Source of the DNA: a candidate division WOR-1 bacterium RIFOXYB2_FULL_45_9
GTDB taxonomy: Bacteria > Margulisbacteria > WOR-1 > O2-12-FULL-45-9 > XYB2-FULL-48-7
Reading direction: 5' to 3'
Length of the DNA: 64,000 nt
NCBI GenBank assembly: GCA_001771575.1
Contig: MEUD01000001.1
Span: forward strand, 415,277 to 479,276
The notes beneath the pieces were generated by a model. That model worked only from the letters and a program-made list of their open reading frames with translations. It was not told the DNA's origin and ran no database searches. Within the stretch, counting starts at the first letter, position 1, and each line of letters opens with the position of its first letter. Below, in pieces: positions 49,693 through 60,884 of this stretch. Both the position numbers and the translations under genes were made by a program.

Positions 49693-50447
49693 AAAAACTA
49701 TTCTCCCTGGCTCTCCTGCTCGTCCTCTCTCTGCCGCTCCTTGCCTCAAAAGACGGCCTGGAATTCAATAAGTACGGTGTCCGGATAAAACTGGTCCGTG
49801 CCAAAGGGGACGCCAGGGTGATGACCAGGCAGGGAGAGCTCTTTCTCTACCAGCGGGTCCAGGAGCGGAAATTTCGCCTGCTGGAATCAGGGATCTCGGC
49901 CAATGAGCTCCTGCCAAAGATCAAAAGAAGCACTTTTTTTGTCGTCCGCGCACCGAAAGCCGAGTATTACTTTTCGACCTCCGGGCTCGCCCTGGGGACA
50001 TTTATCGACGACCTGGGGGAAAAGAGAGTTTACCGGATCAGCCTCGGCGATCTTGATCTCAACCATCTTTTAGGGAGCTATCGCGACCAATGGAACGATC
50101 TCTCCTGCCCTGAAACCAATTACTTTGTTTACAATTTGCGCGGCGACGGGGTCCGCTTTAACGTTTTCATTAACGGCAACATGATCTTTACCAATACCGA
50201 CAAACAGGACTATACGTCGTTTAACGCCGCCCTGCCGATCAACCGGTTTCTGAAGATCGGCGAGAACTCGGTCAAGATCGGGATCTTTGATTCCAAGAAC
50301 GGCTCCAGCGGACTGCAGATGTCGATCGTCGACATTTATAATGGCGGCAAAGCGATCATCCCCGAAGGGGCCCTCCCCTTATCTAAAGAATGGATCGATT
50401 TCTCGTTCGATCTCCCGCCGGGAACATGTTTGGAGGTTGAGGAATAA
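49689..50447 (+). CDS. secreted protein of unknown function
   Basis: 252 aa with a signal peptide (MKKLFSLALLLVLSLPLLA) and no recognisable motifs. Confidence 0.4.
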   Translation: MKKLFSLALLLVLSLPLLASKDGLEFNKYGVRIKLVRAKGDARVMTRQGELFLYQRVQERKFRLLESGISANELLPKIKRSTFFVVRAPKAEYYFSTSGLALGTFIDDLGEKRVYRISLGDLDLNHLLGSYRDQWNDLSCPETNYFVYNLRGDGVRFNVFINGNMIFTNTDKQDYTSFNAALPINRFLKIGENSVKIGIFDSKNGSSGLQMSIVDIYNGGKAIIPEGALPLSKEWIDFSFDLPPGTCLEVEE

Positions 50448-50875
50448 TGGAAAAAGTCAGCGTATTTTCAGACGGAGCCGCCCGCAATAATCCGGGACCA
50501 GCCGGAGCGGGAGTGGTGATCAAACACGGCGGAAAAACTGTGGCGGAAGTCGCCGAGTATCTTGGCAAGACGACCAACAACATCGCCGAGTACATGGCCT
50601 TTATCCGCGGGCTGGAAGAGGCGTTAAGCCTGGGGGCCAAAGAGGTTGAGTGTTTCGCCGACTCGGAGCTCCTGGTCAAGCAGATCAACGGCGAGTATAA
50701 GGTAAAGAACGAAGGGTTAATTCCTCTTTTCCATCATGCCCAATCGCTTTTAAAAAAGTTCAAACACCATAAAGTAACCCACATCCGCCGGGAAAAGAAC
50801 GAAGAGGCCGACCTCCTCTCCAACATAGCGATCGACGACCACCAGAAAGCGAGCCATGGGCCGTTGTTCGGCTAA
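50447..50875 (+). CDS. rnhA: ribonuclease HI
   Basis: 142 aa RNase H fold (DGAARNNPGPAG, NIAEY, catalytic D/E/D residues). Confidence 0.8.
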   Translation: MEKVSVFSDGAARNNPGPAGAGVVIKHGGKTVAEVAEYLGKTTNNIAEYMAFIRGLEEALSLGAKEVECFADSELLVKQINGEYKVKNEGLIPLFHHAQSLLKKFKHHKVTHIRREKNEEADLLSNIAIDDHQKASHGPLFG

Positions 50876-50911
50876 ACCTATGAAATTCCCCCTATTTCCT
50901 ATAGAATAATA

Positions 50912-51278
50912 GCGGGGGGAGGCTGGACGGCTACTCTGATCGCGCGAGCGTATTGGGGAGGAAAGTCCGGACTCCATCGAGCGGCGTGCTGGGTAACGCC
51001 CAGTTGGGTTTAAACTCAAAGGAAAGTGCAACAGAAATTACACGGCCGAACTTAACCCTAAAGGTTAGGTGGCAAAGGTGAAAACGGGAGGTAAGAGCTC
51101 CCGACGTAACAGACCGGCGACGGTCACGTTGTAAACCCCACGCGGAGCAAGATCAAATAGGGAAAGAGGTTGCTCACCTCGCTATGATCCCGAGTAGATC
51201 GCATCGAGGTCGCCAGTAATGTCGGCCCCAGATAGATTGCCGTACACGACAGAATCCGGCTTACAGGTCTCCCCCCTA
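50912..51278 (+). ncRNA. rnpB: RNase P RNA (bacterial type A)
   Basis: Conserved blocks GGAGGAAAGTCCGGACTCC (P4), GGGTAACGCC, GGTGAAAACGGGAGGTAAGAGCTCCC, GTAAACCCCACGCGGAGCAAGATCAAATAGGG and ACAGAATCCGGCTTACAGG. The P1 helix GGGGGGAG...CTCCCCCC closes the molecule. Confidence 0.9.
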
Positions 51279-51644
51279 TTAAGCCGCCCTCTCTGCCCAA
51301 ATGAACAAAGCAATATAGACCAGGTCAATGACCGCGAATGGAAGAAGCATCGCGGGGATCTCGCCGAAGAAAAAATGCCCAAAAGCGACCAAACAAAAAG
51401 CGACCTTGACCATAACGCCGTACCAGATCAGGTTCTTGTTCCCCTTTGGGTCGCGGGCGATATTGATAAACGCGACCGCGAGGACGATCATCAGCAAGGC
51501 CGGCAGATGGACGTAGCCAAGATGTTCAGGAAGGGGCATTCCAAATCGCGCGTAGATCTTCGCCGGCGTCAAAACGCCAAGCAAACCCAAAATGCCGTCA
51601 TAAAAAGCGGCGGAGATAAAGAGCGGAGCGATCCACGCTTTCAT
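51279..51644 (-). CDS. small polytopic membrane protein (4 TM)
   Basis: About 121 aa from MKAWIAPLFISAAFYDGILGLLG, strongly hydrophobic throughout. The overlapping plus-strand ORF 51219-51875 runs through the RNase P RNA and is treated as spurious. Confidence 0.45.
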   Translation of the reverse strand: MKAWIAPLFISAAFYDGILGLLGVLTPAKIYARFGMPLPEHLGYVHLPALLMIVLAVAFINIARDPKGNKNLIWYGVMVKVAFCLVAFGHFFFGEIPAMLLPFAVIDLVYIALFIWAERAA

Positions 51645-51709
51645 TGTTTCGGATTTTCTCACGCCCGCCCTCCCCAGTCAAACTTATTTTGTTGTGGTAT
51701 AATCCCCTC

Positions 51710-52519
51710 ATGCCGGAGCTCATTGGAAATGATCCGCTCTACCGCAAATGGTCCGCCGATAACGCCAGGGCGGTTTTTCTTCTCGTCCATGGGATGGGGG
51801 CCCACACCGCCCGCTGGAATTTTCTCGGTGAACATTTCGCCGGAAAAGGCTACTCTTCTTACGCCATTGAACTAAAGGGCTTTGGCCGCACCCCGGAGCG
51901 GCCGCGCGGCCATATCGATTCGTTCGACATTTATTACCGCGACATCATGAAGCTCCGCGAAATAATCGCCCGGGAAAACCCCGGCAAAAAGATCTACCTG
52001 CTGGGAGAGAGTCTCGGCGGTTTGCTCGCTTTTAACGCGGCCGGACTTTATCCCGATAAATTTGCCGGCCAGGTGCTGATCTCCCCCGCCTTCCAGAACG
52101 GAATGAAATTCCCGTTTGCCGCTTACCTGACTATGGTCGCAAATCTCTTGCTCAACCCCAAAAAAACCATCGCGGTCCCTTTCAACGCCGCCATGTGCAC
52201 CCGGGACTTTGAATACCAAGCGGTAATGAACAACAACCCTGACGAGCTTCGGGACGTCAGTATTAAAATGTTGATCAACACCCTCTTTGCCCAAATGAAA
52301 GCGAAAAATCTGGCTAAGAAATTAACGGTCCCCTCGCTCTTTCTTATTTCCGGCCACGACTTACTGATCGATGAGACGGTCGGAAAAAAACTGATCGCCA
52401 ACCTGCCGCTCAAAGATAAAACGATGATCGAGTATCCGGAGATGCTCCACGCCCTCTCCATCGACCTTGGGCGCGAAAAAGTCTTTGCCGATATCCTGAA
52501 GTGGCTTGAGGGACGATGA
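51710..52519 (+). CDS. alpha/beta hydrolase (lysophospholipase-like), paralogue 2
   Basis: GESLGG nucleophile, and collinear similarity to the 39820-40590 protein (IELKGFG.T..PRGH..SFD.Y...I). Start set at MPELIGNDP, which is preceded by TGGTATAAT 6 nt upstream. Confidence 0.7.
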   Translation: MPELIGNDPLYRKWSADNARAVFLLVHGMGAHTARWNFLGEHFAGKGYSSYAIELKGFGRTPERPRGHIDSFDIYYRDIMKLREIIARENPGKKIYLLGESLGGLLAFNAAGLYPDKFAGQVLISPAFQNGMKFPFAAYLTMVANLLLNPKKTIAVPFNAAMCTRDFEYQAVMNNNPDELRDVSIKMLINTLFAQMKAKNLAKKLTVPSLFLISGHDLLIDETVGKKLIANLPLKDKTMIEYPEMLHALSIDLGREKVFADILKWLEGR

Positions 52520-53958
52520 AATATATCCTGGCGATCGACCAAGGGACGACCGGCAGTCGGGCGATCATTTACGATCAAAAAGGGAAAAAGATCGCCGGCG
52601 CCTACCAGGAATTCCCCCAGTACTTTCCAACACCGGGCTGGGTCGAGCACGACCCGGAAGAGATCTGGGAAAGCGTTTACGCCTCCATCCAAAAAGTTCT
52701 CGTCAAAATCCCCCCCGCTTCGATCGCCGCGATCGGGATCACCAACCAGCGGGAAACGACCGTTGTCTGGGACAAAAAAACCGGCCGCCCGGTCCATAAC
52801 GCCATTGTCTGGCAGTGCCGGCGGACCGCCCCCCGTTGTGAAGAGCTGAAGAAAAAAGGGCTCGCCGATTTCATCAAAAAAAGGACCGGCTTGCCGATCG
52901 ACGCCTATTTTTCCGGAACTAAAGTCGAATGGATCCTGAAAAAGGCGAAGGCAGAGGCAAAGGAACTTTGTTTTGGGACAACTGACAGTTGGGTTTTGTG
53001 GAAACTAACCGGCGGGAAGGTCCATGCCACCGACTACACCAACGCTTCCAGAACAATGCTCTTTAATATCGAGAAACTGGAGTGGGACAAAGAAATCCTC
53101 AAACTGTTAAAGATCCCAAGCTCGATCCTGCCTCAAGTCAAACCATCGTCTGGGGAATTTGGCCGGACCGTCAAGCTTGGCCGGCTCCCGGCCGGGATCC
53201 CGATCTCGGGGATTGCCGGCGACCAGCAGGCCGCGCTGTTTGGCCAGGCCTGTTTCGAACCAGGAACAATGAAGAACACTTACGGGACCGGCGCCTTCAT
53301 CCTCCTCAACACCGGGCAAAAAAGGGTCAATTCTCGCCACGGACTGATCACCACCCTGGCCTGCGGACCGGACGGAAAGGTCGCTTACGCGCTGGAAGGG
53401 TCGATCTTTATCGCCGGAGCGGCAATCCAATGGCTCCGCGACCAGCTTGGGATCATCAAGAGCTCTGCCGAATCTGAAGCGATGGCGGAGGCGGTCAAAG
53501 ATAACGCCGGGGTTTACTTTGTCCCCGCTTTCGTCGGCCTCGGCGCCCCCTATTGGGACCAGAAAGCCAGGGGGACGATAGTCGGTTTGACCAGAGGGAC
53601 AACCAAAAACCATCTGGTCCGGGCCGCCCTCGAAGCGATGTGCTATTCAACTAAAGATGTGTTGGAGACAATGAAAAAGGAATCCGGCTTACGGATCAGC
53701 GAGTTGAAGGTCGACGGCGGCGCGGTCGCCAATAATTTTCTCTGCCAGTTCCAGGCTGATATTCTCGGCATCAAGATCTTAAGACCGAAGATCATTGAAA
53801 CGACCTCGCTTGGCGCCGCCTACCTGGCCGGGCTGGCGGTCAAAAAAAACTGGGGGAGCGAGCGGACCTTCAAACCTAAAATGTCCAAACCCGAAGCGGC
53901 CAAACTCTACCTTGGCTGGCAAAAAGCGATCGGGCGGACACTCTCCCATGAACTATGA
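52516..53958 (+). CDS. glpK: glycerol kinase
   Basis: 480 aa FGGY kinase ([17 protein letters not shown]). Confidence 0.9.
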   Translation: MKYILAIDQGTTGSRAIIYDQKGKKIAGAYQEFPQYFPTPGWVEHDPEEIWESVYASIQKVLVKIPPASIAAIGITNQRETTVVWDKKTGRPVHNAIVWQCRRTAPRCEELKKKGLADFIKKRTGLPIDAYFSGTKVEWILKKAKAEAKELCFGTTDSWVLWKLTGGKVHATDYTNASRTMLFNIEKLEWDKEILKLLKIPSSILPQVKPSSGEFGRTVKLGRLPAGIPISGIAGDQQAALFGQACFEPGTMKNTYGTGAFILLNTGQKRVNSRHGLITTLACGPDGKVAYALEGSIFIAGAAIQWLRDQLGIIKSSAESEAMAEAVKDNAGVYFVPAFVGLGAPYWDQKARGTIVGLTRGTTKNHLVRAALEAMCYSTKDVLETMKKESGLRISELKVDGGAVANNFLCQFQADILGIKILRPKIIETTSLGAAYLAGLAVKKNWGSERTFKPKMSKPEAAKLYLGWQKAIGRTLSHEL

Positions 53959-55384
53959 CGTTATTATAATCGGCGGCGGAGTGACCGGCGCGGCGATCGC
54001 CCGGGAACTTTCCCGTTACCGCCTCAAGATCGTCCTCCTGGAAAAAGAAGCGGAGCTCGCCTTCGGCGTCTCCAAATCAAACAGCGGTATTATCCATCCG
54101 GGGACGCAAAACCCGCCCGATTCACTGAAAGGAAAGCTCTGCGTCGCGGGGAATATTTTAACCCGCCAATTAGCCAAAGAACTGGGGGTCGATTTCAAAG
54201 AGGTCGGCGAACTGATCGTCATTTTTAAAGAAGAAGAGTTTTCCAGATTGCTGGAAATAAAAGCGGACGCGGAAAAGCTGGGGGTTCCCGGCCTTCGGAT
54301 CGTCGACCGGGAGTGGCTAAAGCTTCACGAACCAACCCTCAACCCCGAAGCCCATGCCGCCCTTTACGCGCCTACCGCCGGGATTATCTCTCCCTATCGC
54401 TGGGTTTACGACCTGGCGGAAAACGCGCGAAGGAACGGCGTTAAGGTATTAACTTCCCATAAGGTTATAAGCATCAGCCAAGAACACGGAAACCCGCGAC
54501 TAAACGTCGCGGTTTCCGGTTCCACCAAAATCTTTCAATCCCGCTTCGTGATCAACGCGGCCGGGCTTTACGCCGACGTGATCGCCCGACTGGTCGGGGT
54601 GACCGACATCGTCATCAAACCGCGCAAAGGGGAAGAGTTCCTCCTGGACAAAAAAAGGGAGGGGCTCTCTAAACACCTCCTCTTCCCCCTCCCCACGCCA
54701 ACCTCCAAAGGAACGCTGGTCATCATAACTTCGGACGGCAATCCGATGATCGGCCCGACCGCGACCGACATCGATGACAAGGAAGACCGGTCGACTTCAG
54801 ACGAAGGACTCGCCGGGGTCCTGGAAAACGTCAAAAAGCTTTTACCCGCGATCAGCGAAAATGATATTATCGCTTATTTTGCCGGGCTCCGGCCGGTGGC
54901 GGGGAAAGATTTTATCATCCGCCACGAAGAAAAAGTTCCCGGCTTCATCAATGTCGCCGGGATCCAATCTCCCGGCCTGACCGCCGCGCCGGCGATCGCC
55001 CTAATGGTCGCCGATCTCCTTAAAAAGAACGGTTTAAAATTACGGCGAAAAATATTTTTCCGCAAAAACCGCCGGCCGACCGTCCACCTCTTTTCTCTCC
55101 CTCTGGAGAAGATCACCAGGCTTATTAAAAGGGACCCTTCTTATGGCGACATCGTCTGCCGCTGTGAAATGGTCTCGGCCAAAGAGGTCCGCGAAGCGAT
55201 CAAACGCGGGGCCAGGACACTGGACGGGATAAAATTCAGGACCCGCGCCCAGGCGGGGCGCTGTCACGGCGGCTTCTGCACCACCCGGATCATGAAGATC
55301 ATGGCGGAAGAGCTCGGCGTTCCTTTGACCGAGATCACCAAACGGGGCCCCGGCTCGGAGGTTGTCAAAGATGAAAGAGCGTGA
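53948..55384 (+). CDS. glpA: FAD-dependent glycerol-3-phosphate dehydrogenase (GlpA/GlpD-like) with a C-terminal BFD-like [2Fe-2S] domain
   Basis: FAD-binding GxGxxG ([13 protein letters not shown]) and a C-terminal [11 protein letters not shown]...C cluster. Start set at MNYDV, overlapping the glpK end by 11 nt. Confidence 0.75.
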   Translation: MNYDVIIIGGGVTGAAIARELSRYRLKIVLLEKEAELAFGVSKSNSGIIHPGTQNPPDSLKGKLCVAGNILTRQLAKELGVDFKEVGELIVIFKEEEFSRLLEIKADAEKLGVPGLRIVDREWLKLHEPTLNPEAHAALYAPTAGIISPYRWVYDLAENARRNGVKVLTSHKVISISQEHGNPRLNVAVSGSTKIFQSRFVINAAGLYADVIARLVGVTDIVIKPRKGEEFLLDKKREGLSKHLLFPLPTPTSKGTLVIITSDGNPMIGPTATDIDDKEDRSTSDEGLAGVLENVKKLLPAISENDIIAYFAGLRPVAGKDFIIRHEEKVPGFINVAGIQSPGLTAAPAIALMVADLLKKNGLKLRRKIFFRKNRRPTVHLFSLPLEKITRLIKRDPSYGDIVCRCEMVSAKEVREAIKRGARTLDGIKFRTRAQAGRCHGGFCTTRIMKIMAEELGVPLTEITKRGPGSEVVKDERA

Positions 55385-56321
55385 ACTGGTCATCGTCGGC
55401 GGCGGCCCGGCCGGAATGGCGGCCGCCCTGGCCGCTCATAAGAAAGGGGTCAAAGATATCCTCCTCCTGGAGCGGGACCAATTTCTGGGAGGGATACTCA
55501 ATCAGTGCATTCACCCCGGCTTTGGCCTTCATTATTATAAGGCCGACCTGACCGGACCGGAGTTTGCCAACCGGCTGATTAAAGAGATCAAGGCAACCCG
55601 GGAAATTGAGGTCAGCCCCCGCTCTTTTGCCGTCAAACTGACCGGCGATAAAATAATCACCTATCTCAAACCAGGGAAGATGGAAATCGTTAAGGCCCGC
55701 GCCCTGATCATGGCGACCGGTTGCCGGGAGCGGACACGCGAGATGGTCCATGTCGCGGGGACCAGGCCGGCCGGAGTCTTTCCCGCCGGGCTGGCGCAAA
55801 AGCTGATCAATATCGAAGGTCTCCTCCCCGGCCGGGAGGTCGTGATCATCGGCTCGGGAGATATCGGACTGATCATGGCCCGCCGCTTTACCCTTGAAGG
55901 GGCCGGGGTCAAGGCGGTCGTTGAGATCGAAGCAAAATCCCGCGGCCTGGTCCGGAACGTCGTCCAATGCCTGGAGGATTTTAATATCCCACTTTATTTC
56001 CGCCACCGGGTCGCCCGGATCCATGGACGCGACCGGGTGGAAAAAGTGACCGTTGAGAACACGGAAAACGGAGAGACCTTTGACCTCACCTGCGATACTG
56101 TCCTGGTCTCGGTCGGGCTGATCCCCGAGAACGAACTGGTTGAAATGGCTGGGGTTAAGCTTGACCCGGCAACTAATTCCCCCATATCTCAATCAGTTAA
56201 CCTTTGCTCGATCCCGGGGCTTTTTATCTGCGGCAACTCATATAAAGTCTATGACCTGGTCGATTCGGTCGCTCGCGACAGCGAAAAAGCGGGGGAAATG
56301 GCGGCGGAGTACCTGAAATGA
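55362..56321 (+). CDS. FAD/NAD(P)-binding oxidoreductase (pyridine nucleotide-disulfide oxidoreductase-like) of the glp cluster
   Basis: Two Rossmann motifs (VIVGGGPAGMAAA and VIIGSGDIGL). Confidence 0.65.
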   Translation: MSKMKERELVIVGGGPAGMAAALAAHKKGVKDILLLERDQFLGGILNQCIHPGFGLHYYKADLTGPEFANRLIKEIKATREIEVSPRSFAVKLTGDKIITYLKPGKMEIVKARALIMATGCRERTREMVHVAGTRPAGVFPAGLAQKLINIEGLLPGREVVIIGSGDIGLIMARRFTLEGAGVKAVVEIEAKSRGLVRNVVQCLEDFNIPLYFRHRVARIHGRDRVEKVTVENTENGETFDLTCDTVLVSVGLIPENELVEMAGVKLDPATNSPISQSVNLCSIPGLFICGNSYKVYDLVDSVARDSEKAGEMAAEYLK

Positions 56322-56701
56322 TCAAAAAAATGACCTGTATCGAATGTCCCATCGGTTGTCAGCTGGAAGTTGAGATCGAGAACGGCAAGGTCGTTAGGAT
56401 CACCGGGAACAAATGCGAAAAAGGCCCCCGCTACGCCAAACAGGAAATTGAAGCCCCGGCCCGGGTCCTGGCAACGACCGTCTTGGCCAAGGGACTGAAC
56501 TTAAAAATGGTCCCGGTCAGGACCACTCACCCCATCCCGAAAGCAAAACTTCTGGAAGCAATGGCGGAAATAAAAAAGATCAAACTTGACCGGCCGGTCA
56601 AAGTTGGGGATGTAATCGTTAAATCATTCCTCGGAGAAGCCGACCTGATCGCCACGCGGGAAGCTACTCGTACCTTAACGCTTCGATCGGCAGCATCTTA
56701 G
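56318..56701 (+). CDS. DUF1667-domain protein (Cys-rich, glp-cluster-associated)
   Basis: 127 aa with N-terminal CIECPIGC...C, the typical partner of the upstream oxidoreductase pair. Confidence 0.6.
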   Translation: MIKKMTCIECPIGCQLEVEIENGKVVRITGNKCEKGPRYAKQEIEAPARVLATTVLAKGLNLKMVPVRTTHPIPKAKLLEAMAEIKKIKLDRPVKVGDVIVKSFLGEADLIATREATRTLTLRSAAS

Positions 56702-58622
56702 ACGCCCGCCAGGCGGGCCAGAGGCCAAAAACCACCCCGACCAGCACGGAAAAAGTAAAAGCCAGGACGATCGATCCGACTGAAATATAAACGTTCCATT
56801 GGGCCAAAGTGGATAACGCCCAGGAGACCAGACTACCGAACGCGATCCCGATCACTCCGCCAAAAAGACAGATCAAGACCGCTTCGACCAGGAACTGGAC
56901 AAGGATATCGCTCCTCTGGGCGCCAAGCGATTTGCGCAAGCCGATCTCGTGGGTCCGCTCCATCACCATGACCAGCATGATATTCATGATCCCGATCCCC
57001 CCGACCAGCAGGCTGACCGCCGCGACCGCCCCTAATAGGTACGACAGGGTCGAAATGAGGGCGCCGGCCGCCGCCTGGATCTCAGCCATGTTCATGACGT
57101 CGATGCTCTGGCGCTGTGATTCCGGCAAACGGTGGAGACGCATGATCTCGCCGATGATCCGCTCCGTAGCGTAAGACATTTGCTCCGCGTCCTTTACCTG
57201 GACCTCGAAATAATTGATGTAATCGTTCCCCAGCAGACGGTACATCGCCGTCTTGAGCGGGATCAGGACCCGGTCATCCTGGTTCTGGAAACCGGCCGCC
57301 CCCTGCTTTGGCAGGACCCCGATCAGATTGAAATTTATCCGGTTGATCCTGATCGACTGGCCGATCGGATTTTCCGCGCCAAAAAGCTCTTTGGCGACCG
57401 TTTGGCCGATCACCGCGACCTTGGCCTTGCTGTTGGCCTCCGACGGAGTAAAGAAGCGGCCCAGCTCGAGCGAAACATCGCGCATCACCGGATAATCGAC
57501 ACTGGTCCCGACCACGCTGGTGTTCCAATTTTTATTTTGGAAAACGACCTGCGCCCGGCCGGTAACGTAAGGGACAACATGATCGATCCCTTCAATCCGC
57601 TGGAGCGACTCATAATCGGCAAAGGTGAAGCGGGTCGGTCCCTGCGAGCCGAGGGAAATGCCGCTTGACCTGAAAGGAGCGCGGACCATCAGGATGTTCG
57701 TTCCCAGTGAAGAGAGGGTCTCTTCCATGCTCCGCTTGGCGCCGGTCCCCAGGGCGAGCATGGTAATGACCGCCGCGACCCCGATCATCACCCCTAAAAT
57801 GGAAAGGACCGAGCGGAGCTTATTGTTGACGATCGAAAGATAAGCCTCATAAGTATAGTTCAGCAGGCCGGCGACACAGCACCAGCGCCGTTTTTTTTCG
57901 ATCGGCTTCATTTCGGGAAGCCGGGCGGCGGGGGTAGGTCTTTTCCGCTCATCGGTGATTATCGCACCGTCATGCAGGGTCAGAACCCGGCTGGCGTATG
58001 CGGCGATATCGTGTTCATGGGTCACCATGATAATGGTGTTTCCCTGTTTGTTGAGCTCCTGCAGAAGCCCCATGATCTCTTTGGATGATTGGGAATCAAG
58101 ATTGCCGGTCGGTTCGTCGGCTAAAATAACCAGGGGATCGTTCGCCAGCGCCCTGACCAGGGCGACCCGCTGTTGCTGACCGCCGGAAAGCTGGTTGGGG
58201 CGATGCTTGAGCCTCTCCCCCAGCCCGACCTTTTTCAGCATCGAGAGAGCATGCTCTCTTTTCTCTCCATCGGTATCGCCGGAATAAATGAACGGCAAAA
58301 CAACGTTGTCGGAAACGTTGAGCTTCGGCAAAAGGTTGAAGGTTTGAAAAACAAAACCAAAAAAGCGGTTGCGCAAAACGGCGTAGTCGCTCTCTCCCTG
58401 TCGGGAAAGATCTTTATTCAAGAGAAAATACTCTCCGCTGTCCGCTTTATCTAGCAGTCCAAGGATCGCCATCAAGGTCGACTTGCCGGAACCGGACGGG
58501 CCCATGATCGCGACAAATTCCCCCGGTTCGATCTTCAGGTCGACGCCGCGCAGGGCGCGGACCGGGATCTCCCCGCCGATGTAATAAGTCTTTTGGACCT
58601 TTTTTAGCTCGATCAGCGGCAT
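56664..58622 (-). CDS. macB: MacB-type ABC transporter (fused ATPase plus FtsX-like permease)
   Basis: 652 aa with N-terminal ABC motifs (GPSGSGKST, LSGGQQQRVA, ILADEPT), then 4 TM helices with a large periplasmic loop. Confidence 0.85.
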   Translation of the reverse strand: MPLIELKKVQKTYYIGGEIPVRALRGVDLKIEPGEFVAIMGPSGSGKSTLMAILGLLDKADSGEYFLLNKDLSRQGESDYAVLRNRFFGFVFQTFNLLPKLNVSDNVVLPFIYSGDTDGEKREHALSMLKKVGLGERLKHRPNQLSGGQQQRVALVRALANDPLVILADEPTGNLDSQSSKEIMGLLQELNKQGNTIIMVTHEHDIAAYASRVLTLHDGAIITDERKRPTPAARLPEMKPIEKKRRWCCVAGLLNYTYEAYLSIVNNKLRSVLSILGVMIGVAAVITMLALGTGAKRSMEETLSSLGTNILMVRAPFRSSGISLGSQGPTRFTFADYESLQRIEGIDHVVPYVTGRAQVVFQNKNWNTSVVGTSVDYPVMRDVSLELGRFFTPSEANSKAKVAVIGQTVAKELFGAENPIGQSIRINRINFNLIGVLPKQGAAGFQNQDDRVLIPLKTAMYRLLGNDYINYFEVQVKDAEQMSYATERIIGEIMRLHRLPESQRQSIDVMNMAEIQAAAGALISTLSYLLGAVAAVSLLVGGIGIMNIMLVMVMERTHEIGLRKSLGAQRSDILVQFLVEAVLICLFGGVIGIAFGSLVSWALSTLAQWNVYISVGSIVLAFTFSVLVGVVFGLWPAWRASKMLPIEALRYE

Positions 58623-59579
58623 TTAATCGCTCTGCCGGCGCTGGAGCGGATTGGTCGGTCCGCGCGTCCTCTGGAAACGTTTGTTGAGCTGTTCGATCAT
58701 GGGGATCGTCGGCACAACGACTTCGTCACCGACCCCAAGACCGCCGGTCACCTGGACGTTGAGGGTGTTTTCCAGCCCGGTCGTGATCTGCAAAGGCTGA
58801 GCTTTTCCCTCTTTCAGGACAAAAACATACGACCGTTCCCCAACCTTTTTAACGACATTTAGGGGAAGGACCGGGATGTCGTTTTTCTCGCTAAGAATAA
58901 AATTGACGGTCGCGCTCATCCCCGCCCGGAAAAAACCGGGGACCCTTCCGGGAAGGACATCGACCTGGTAAATGGTCACGTTGTTGATCGTTTTGGACTC
59001 AAAGGCGATATGCTCGACCCGCCCGTCGATCGACTCTCCCTGGTAAGCGTCAAGCTCGATGTTGACCACCTGTCCTTTGCTGATCCTGCCGATATCGGTC
59101 TCGTCGACCTGCGCCTTGACGATCAGGTAGTCGGCCATGACCAGGATCGGATCGTTGATCGTCACCGACTGCCCCGGCTCAACCGCCCGCTGGATGATGA
59201 ACCCGTTTAGCGGCGCCACGACCGGAGTCCTTTTGTAAACGTCTTCCCACTTGCTGACCTCGTCCGCCCCTTTGGCCCGGGCCGCGTCAAGAATTGCCGC
59301 CCGATCGGACGAGCTCATCCAGGCGAGGATATCCCCTTTTTTGACCGAATCCCCTTCCCTGACCAGCACTTCATCGATCCGGCCGCTTAAGGGGGGCTTG
59401 ATCTCTAAACGGCTCCGCGGCTCAACTACCCCGGTTGAAGGGACCTCGGCCTTAATGCTTCCCAGTTTTACTTTGACGCTCTTAAGCGGCTCCTCGCTTT
59501 TGCCGGCACAGCCGGACAAACCAACGACCAGCAGAAGACCGCTGACGACCAATCCCAACCCCCATATTTTTTTTCTCAT
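58623..59579 (-). CDS. macA: HlyD/MacA-family periplasmic adaptor subunit
   Basis: 318 aa with a lipoprotein-like signal (LSGCAG) and biotinyl-lipoyl/beta-barrel adaptor architecture. Confidence 0.8.
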   Translation of the reverse strand: MRKKIWGLGLVVSGLLLVVGLSGCAGKSEEPLKSVKVKLGSIKAEVPSTGVVEPRSRLEIKPPLSGRIDEVLVREGDSVKKGDILAWMSSSDRAAILDAARAKGADEVSKWEDVYKRTPVVAPLNGFIIQRAVEPGQSVTINDPILVMADYLIVKAQVDETDIGRISKGQVVNIELDAYQGESIDGRVEHIAFESKTINNVTIYQVDVLPGRVPGFFRAGMSATVNFILSEKNDIPVLPLNVVKKVGERSYVFVLKEGKAQPLQITTGLENTLNVQVTGGLGVGDEVVVPTIPMIEQLNKRFQRTRGPTNPLQRRQSD

Positions 59580-60868
59580 TTTACGTGTCCTCCATAACTT
59601 TTGTGCCAGGCCGCTTCCGCCAGCAAGGCCGACTTTAAAGAATTTATCAGACTGTTTTGACTGCTGAAATATTCATTTTGCACCTGGTCCCACTCATTGT
59701 ATGAGACCAATCCGTTCAAATATTTGACCTGCGCGATCTGGGCCCTTTGGGTCGACGCGTCAAGATAGATCTCGGCCAGCTTGTATTCCTCAAGCGCGTC
59801 GCGAAAAGTTTCATAAGCCTGGCGGATCGCGAAATATTGTTCTTTCTTAGTGATGGAAAAATCTTCCTTCGCTTTGTCGTATTGGGCGTCGCTGATCACC
59901 CGTTCGGCGATATTGCTTCCGCCGGGAAAAAGAGAATACGAAAGGTTCAGGCTAAGGGATTTACTCGATGAGTCCGGCGGCCAACTACTGCCGCTCTTTG
60001 AATAACTTCCCTGCAGGGAAACGGTCGGCAAATATTCGCTGATCGTCGCCCGCTGGTCGATCTCGGCCAGCGTCAGCTGGCTTCGCGACATTTTATACGC
60101 AGGCGCTTCTTTCAGGAGGGAGTCGAAGTCCGGCTCACCGATCGGCGCCGGGATAAATTCCCCCTCGACGCTTGAGACCTGGGCCTCGATCAATTGAGAA
60201 AGTTTCAATTTGGCCAGCTCCAATTGCCTTCCGGCGGAAAGATACCGGTAATCGGCCTCCCGGCGCTGGGCATCGGTCCTAAGATAGTTCCCTTTATCTT
60301 CCCGCCCGCTGTCGTACAACAGCTTGATCATCCTGGCATTCTCGTCGCGCGACTGTCGGATCGCCTTCAAAACATCGATGTTCCGCTGGCCAAGGTATAG
60401 ATTAACGAAAGCCTGGCGGAGCTGATAGTAATAATCAGCCTCGTTATACTGGAGGCTCGCCTGGTAAAAAGACAGGCTGGCGTTGGCGGAAGAAAGATTA
60501 TTATAATTGCTGAACCCTTTAAAGAGAGATTGGGAAAAACTAAGGCCGTAAGAATAACTGTTGGATTGACCGGTGGAATTATCCGACTGGCCGGCCGACA
60601 TGTTGGCCGAGATCTGGGGAAGAAATCCGCTGTAAGACTTGTAATATGTCCACCGCGCGACCTCAAGCTGTTTTTGGGCGCTCTTGATCTCGCGGCCGCT
60701 CCTCGCCGCTTCATTTAAAACCTGCGGCCAGGTCAAAGAACCAGCTTGCCCCGCAAGATAAAAAAGCAAAACAGCAACGTTAACTAACCTTGCCAATTTT
60801 AACCGCGCAATTAATTGCGCGGTTAAATTGGAACCTGGACAAAAAAGTTTTTTAAGTGATCTTATCAT
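59576..60868 (-). CDS. tolC: TolC-family outer-membrane efflux protein
   Basis: 430 aa with two OEP repeats and a signal peptide. Confidence 0.8.
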   Translation of the reverse strand: MIRSLKKLFCPGSNLTAQLIARLKLARLVNVAVLLFYLAGQAGSLTWPQVLNEAARSGREIKSAQKQLEVARWTYYKSYSGFLPQISANMSAGQSDNSTGQSNSYSYGLSFSQSLFKGFSNYNNLSSANASLSFYQASLQYNEADYYYQLRQAFVNLYLGQRNIDVLKAIRQSRDENARMIKLLYDSGREDKGNYLRTDAQRREADYRYLSAGRQLELAKLKLSQLIEAQVSSVEGEFIPAPIGEPDFDSLLKEAPAYKMSRSQLTLAEIDQRATISEYLPTVSLQGSYSKSGSSWPPDSSSKSLSLNLSYSLFPGGSNIAERVISDAQYDKAKEDFSITKKEQYFAIRQAYETFRDALEEYKLAEIYLDASTQRAQIAQVKYLNGLVSYNEWDQVQNEYFSSQNSLINSLKSALLAEAAWHKSYGGHVK

Positions 60869-60884
60869 TCAATAAACCGATTGC

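Noticed and set aside
51219-51875. 218-aa plus-strand ORF
   Set aside because: It starts inside the RNase P RNA and overlaps the better-supported 4-TM membrane protein on the opposite strand. It also overlaps the start of the hydrolase paralogue and is in a different frame from that gene.
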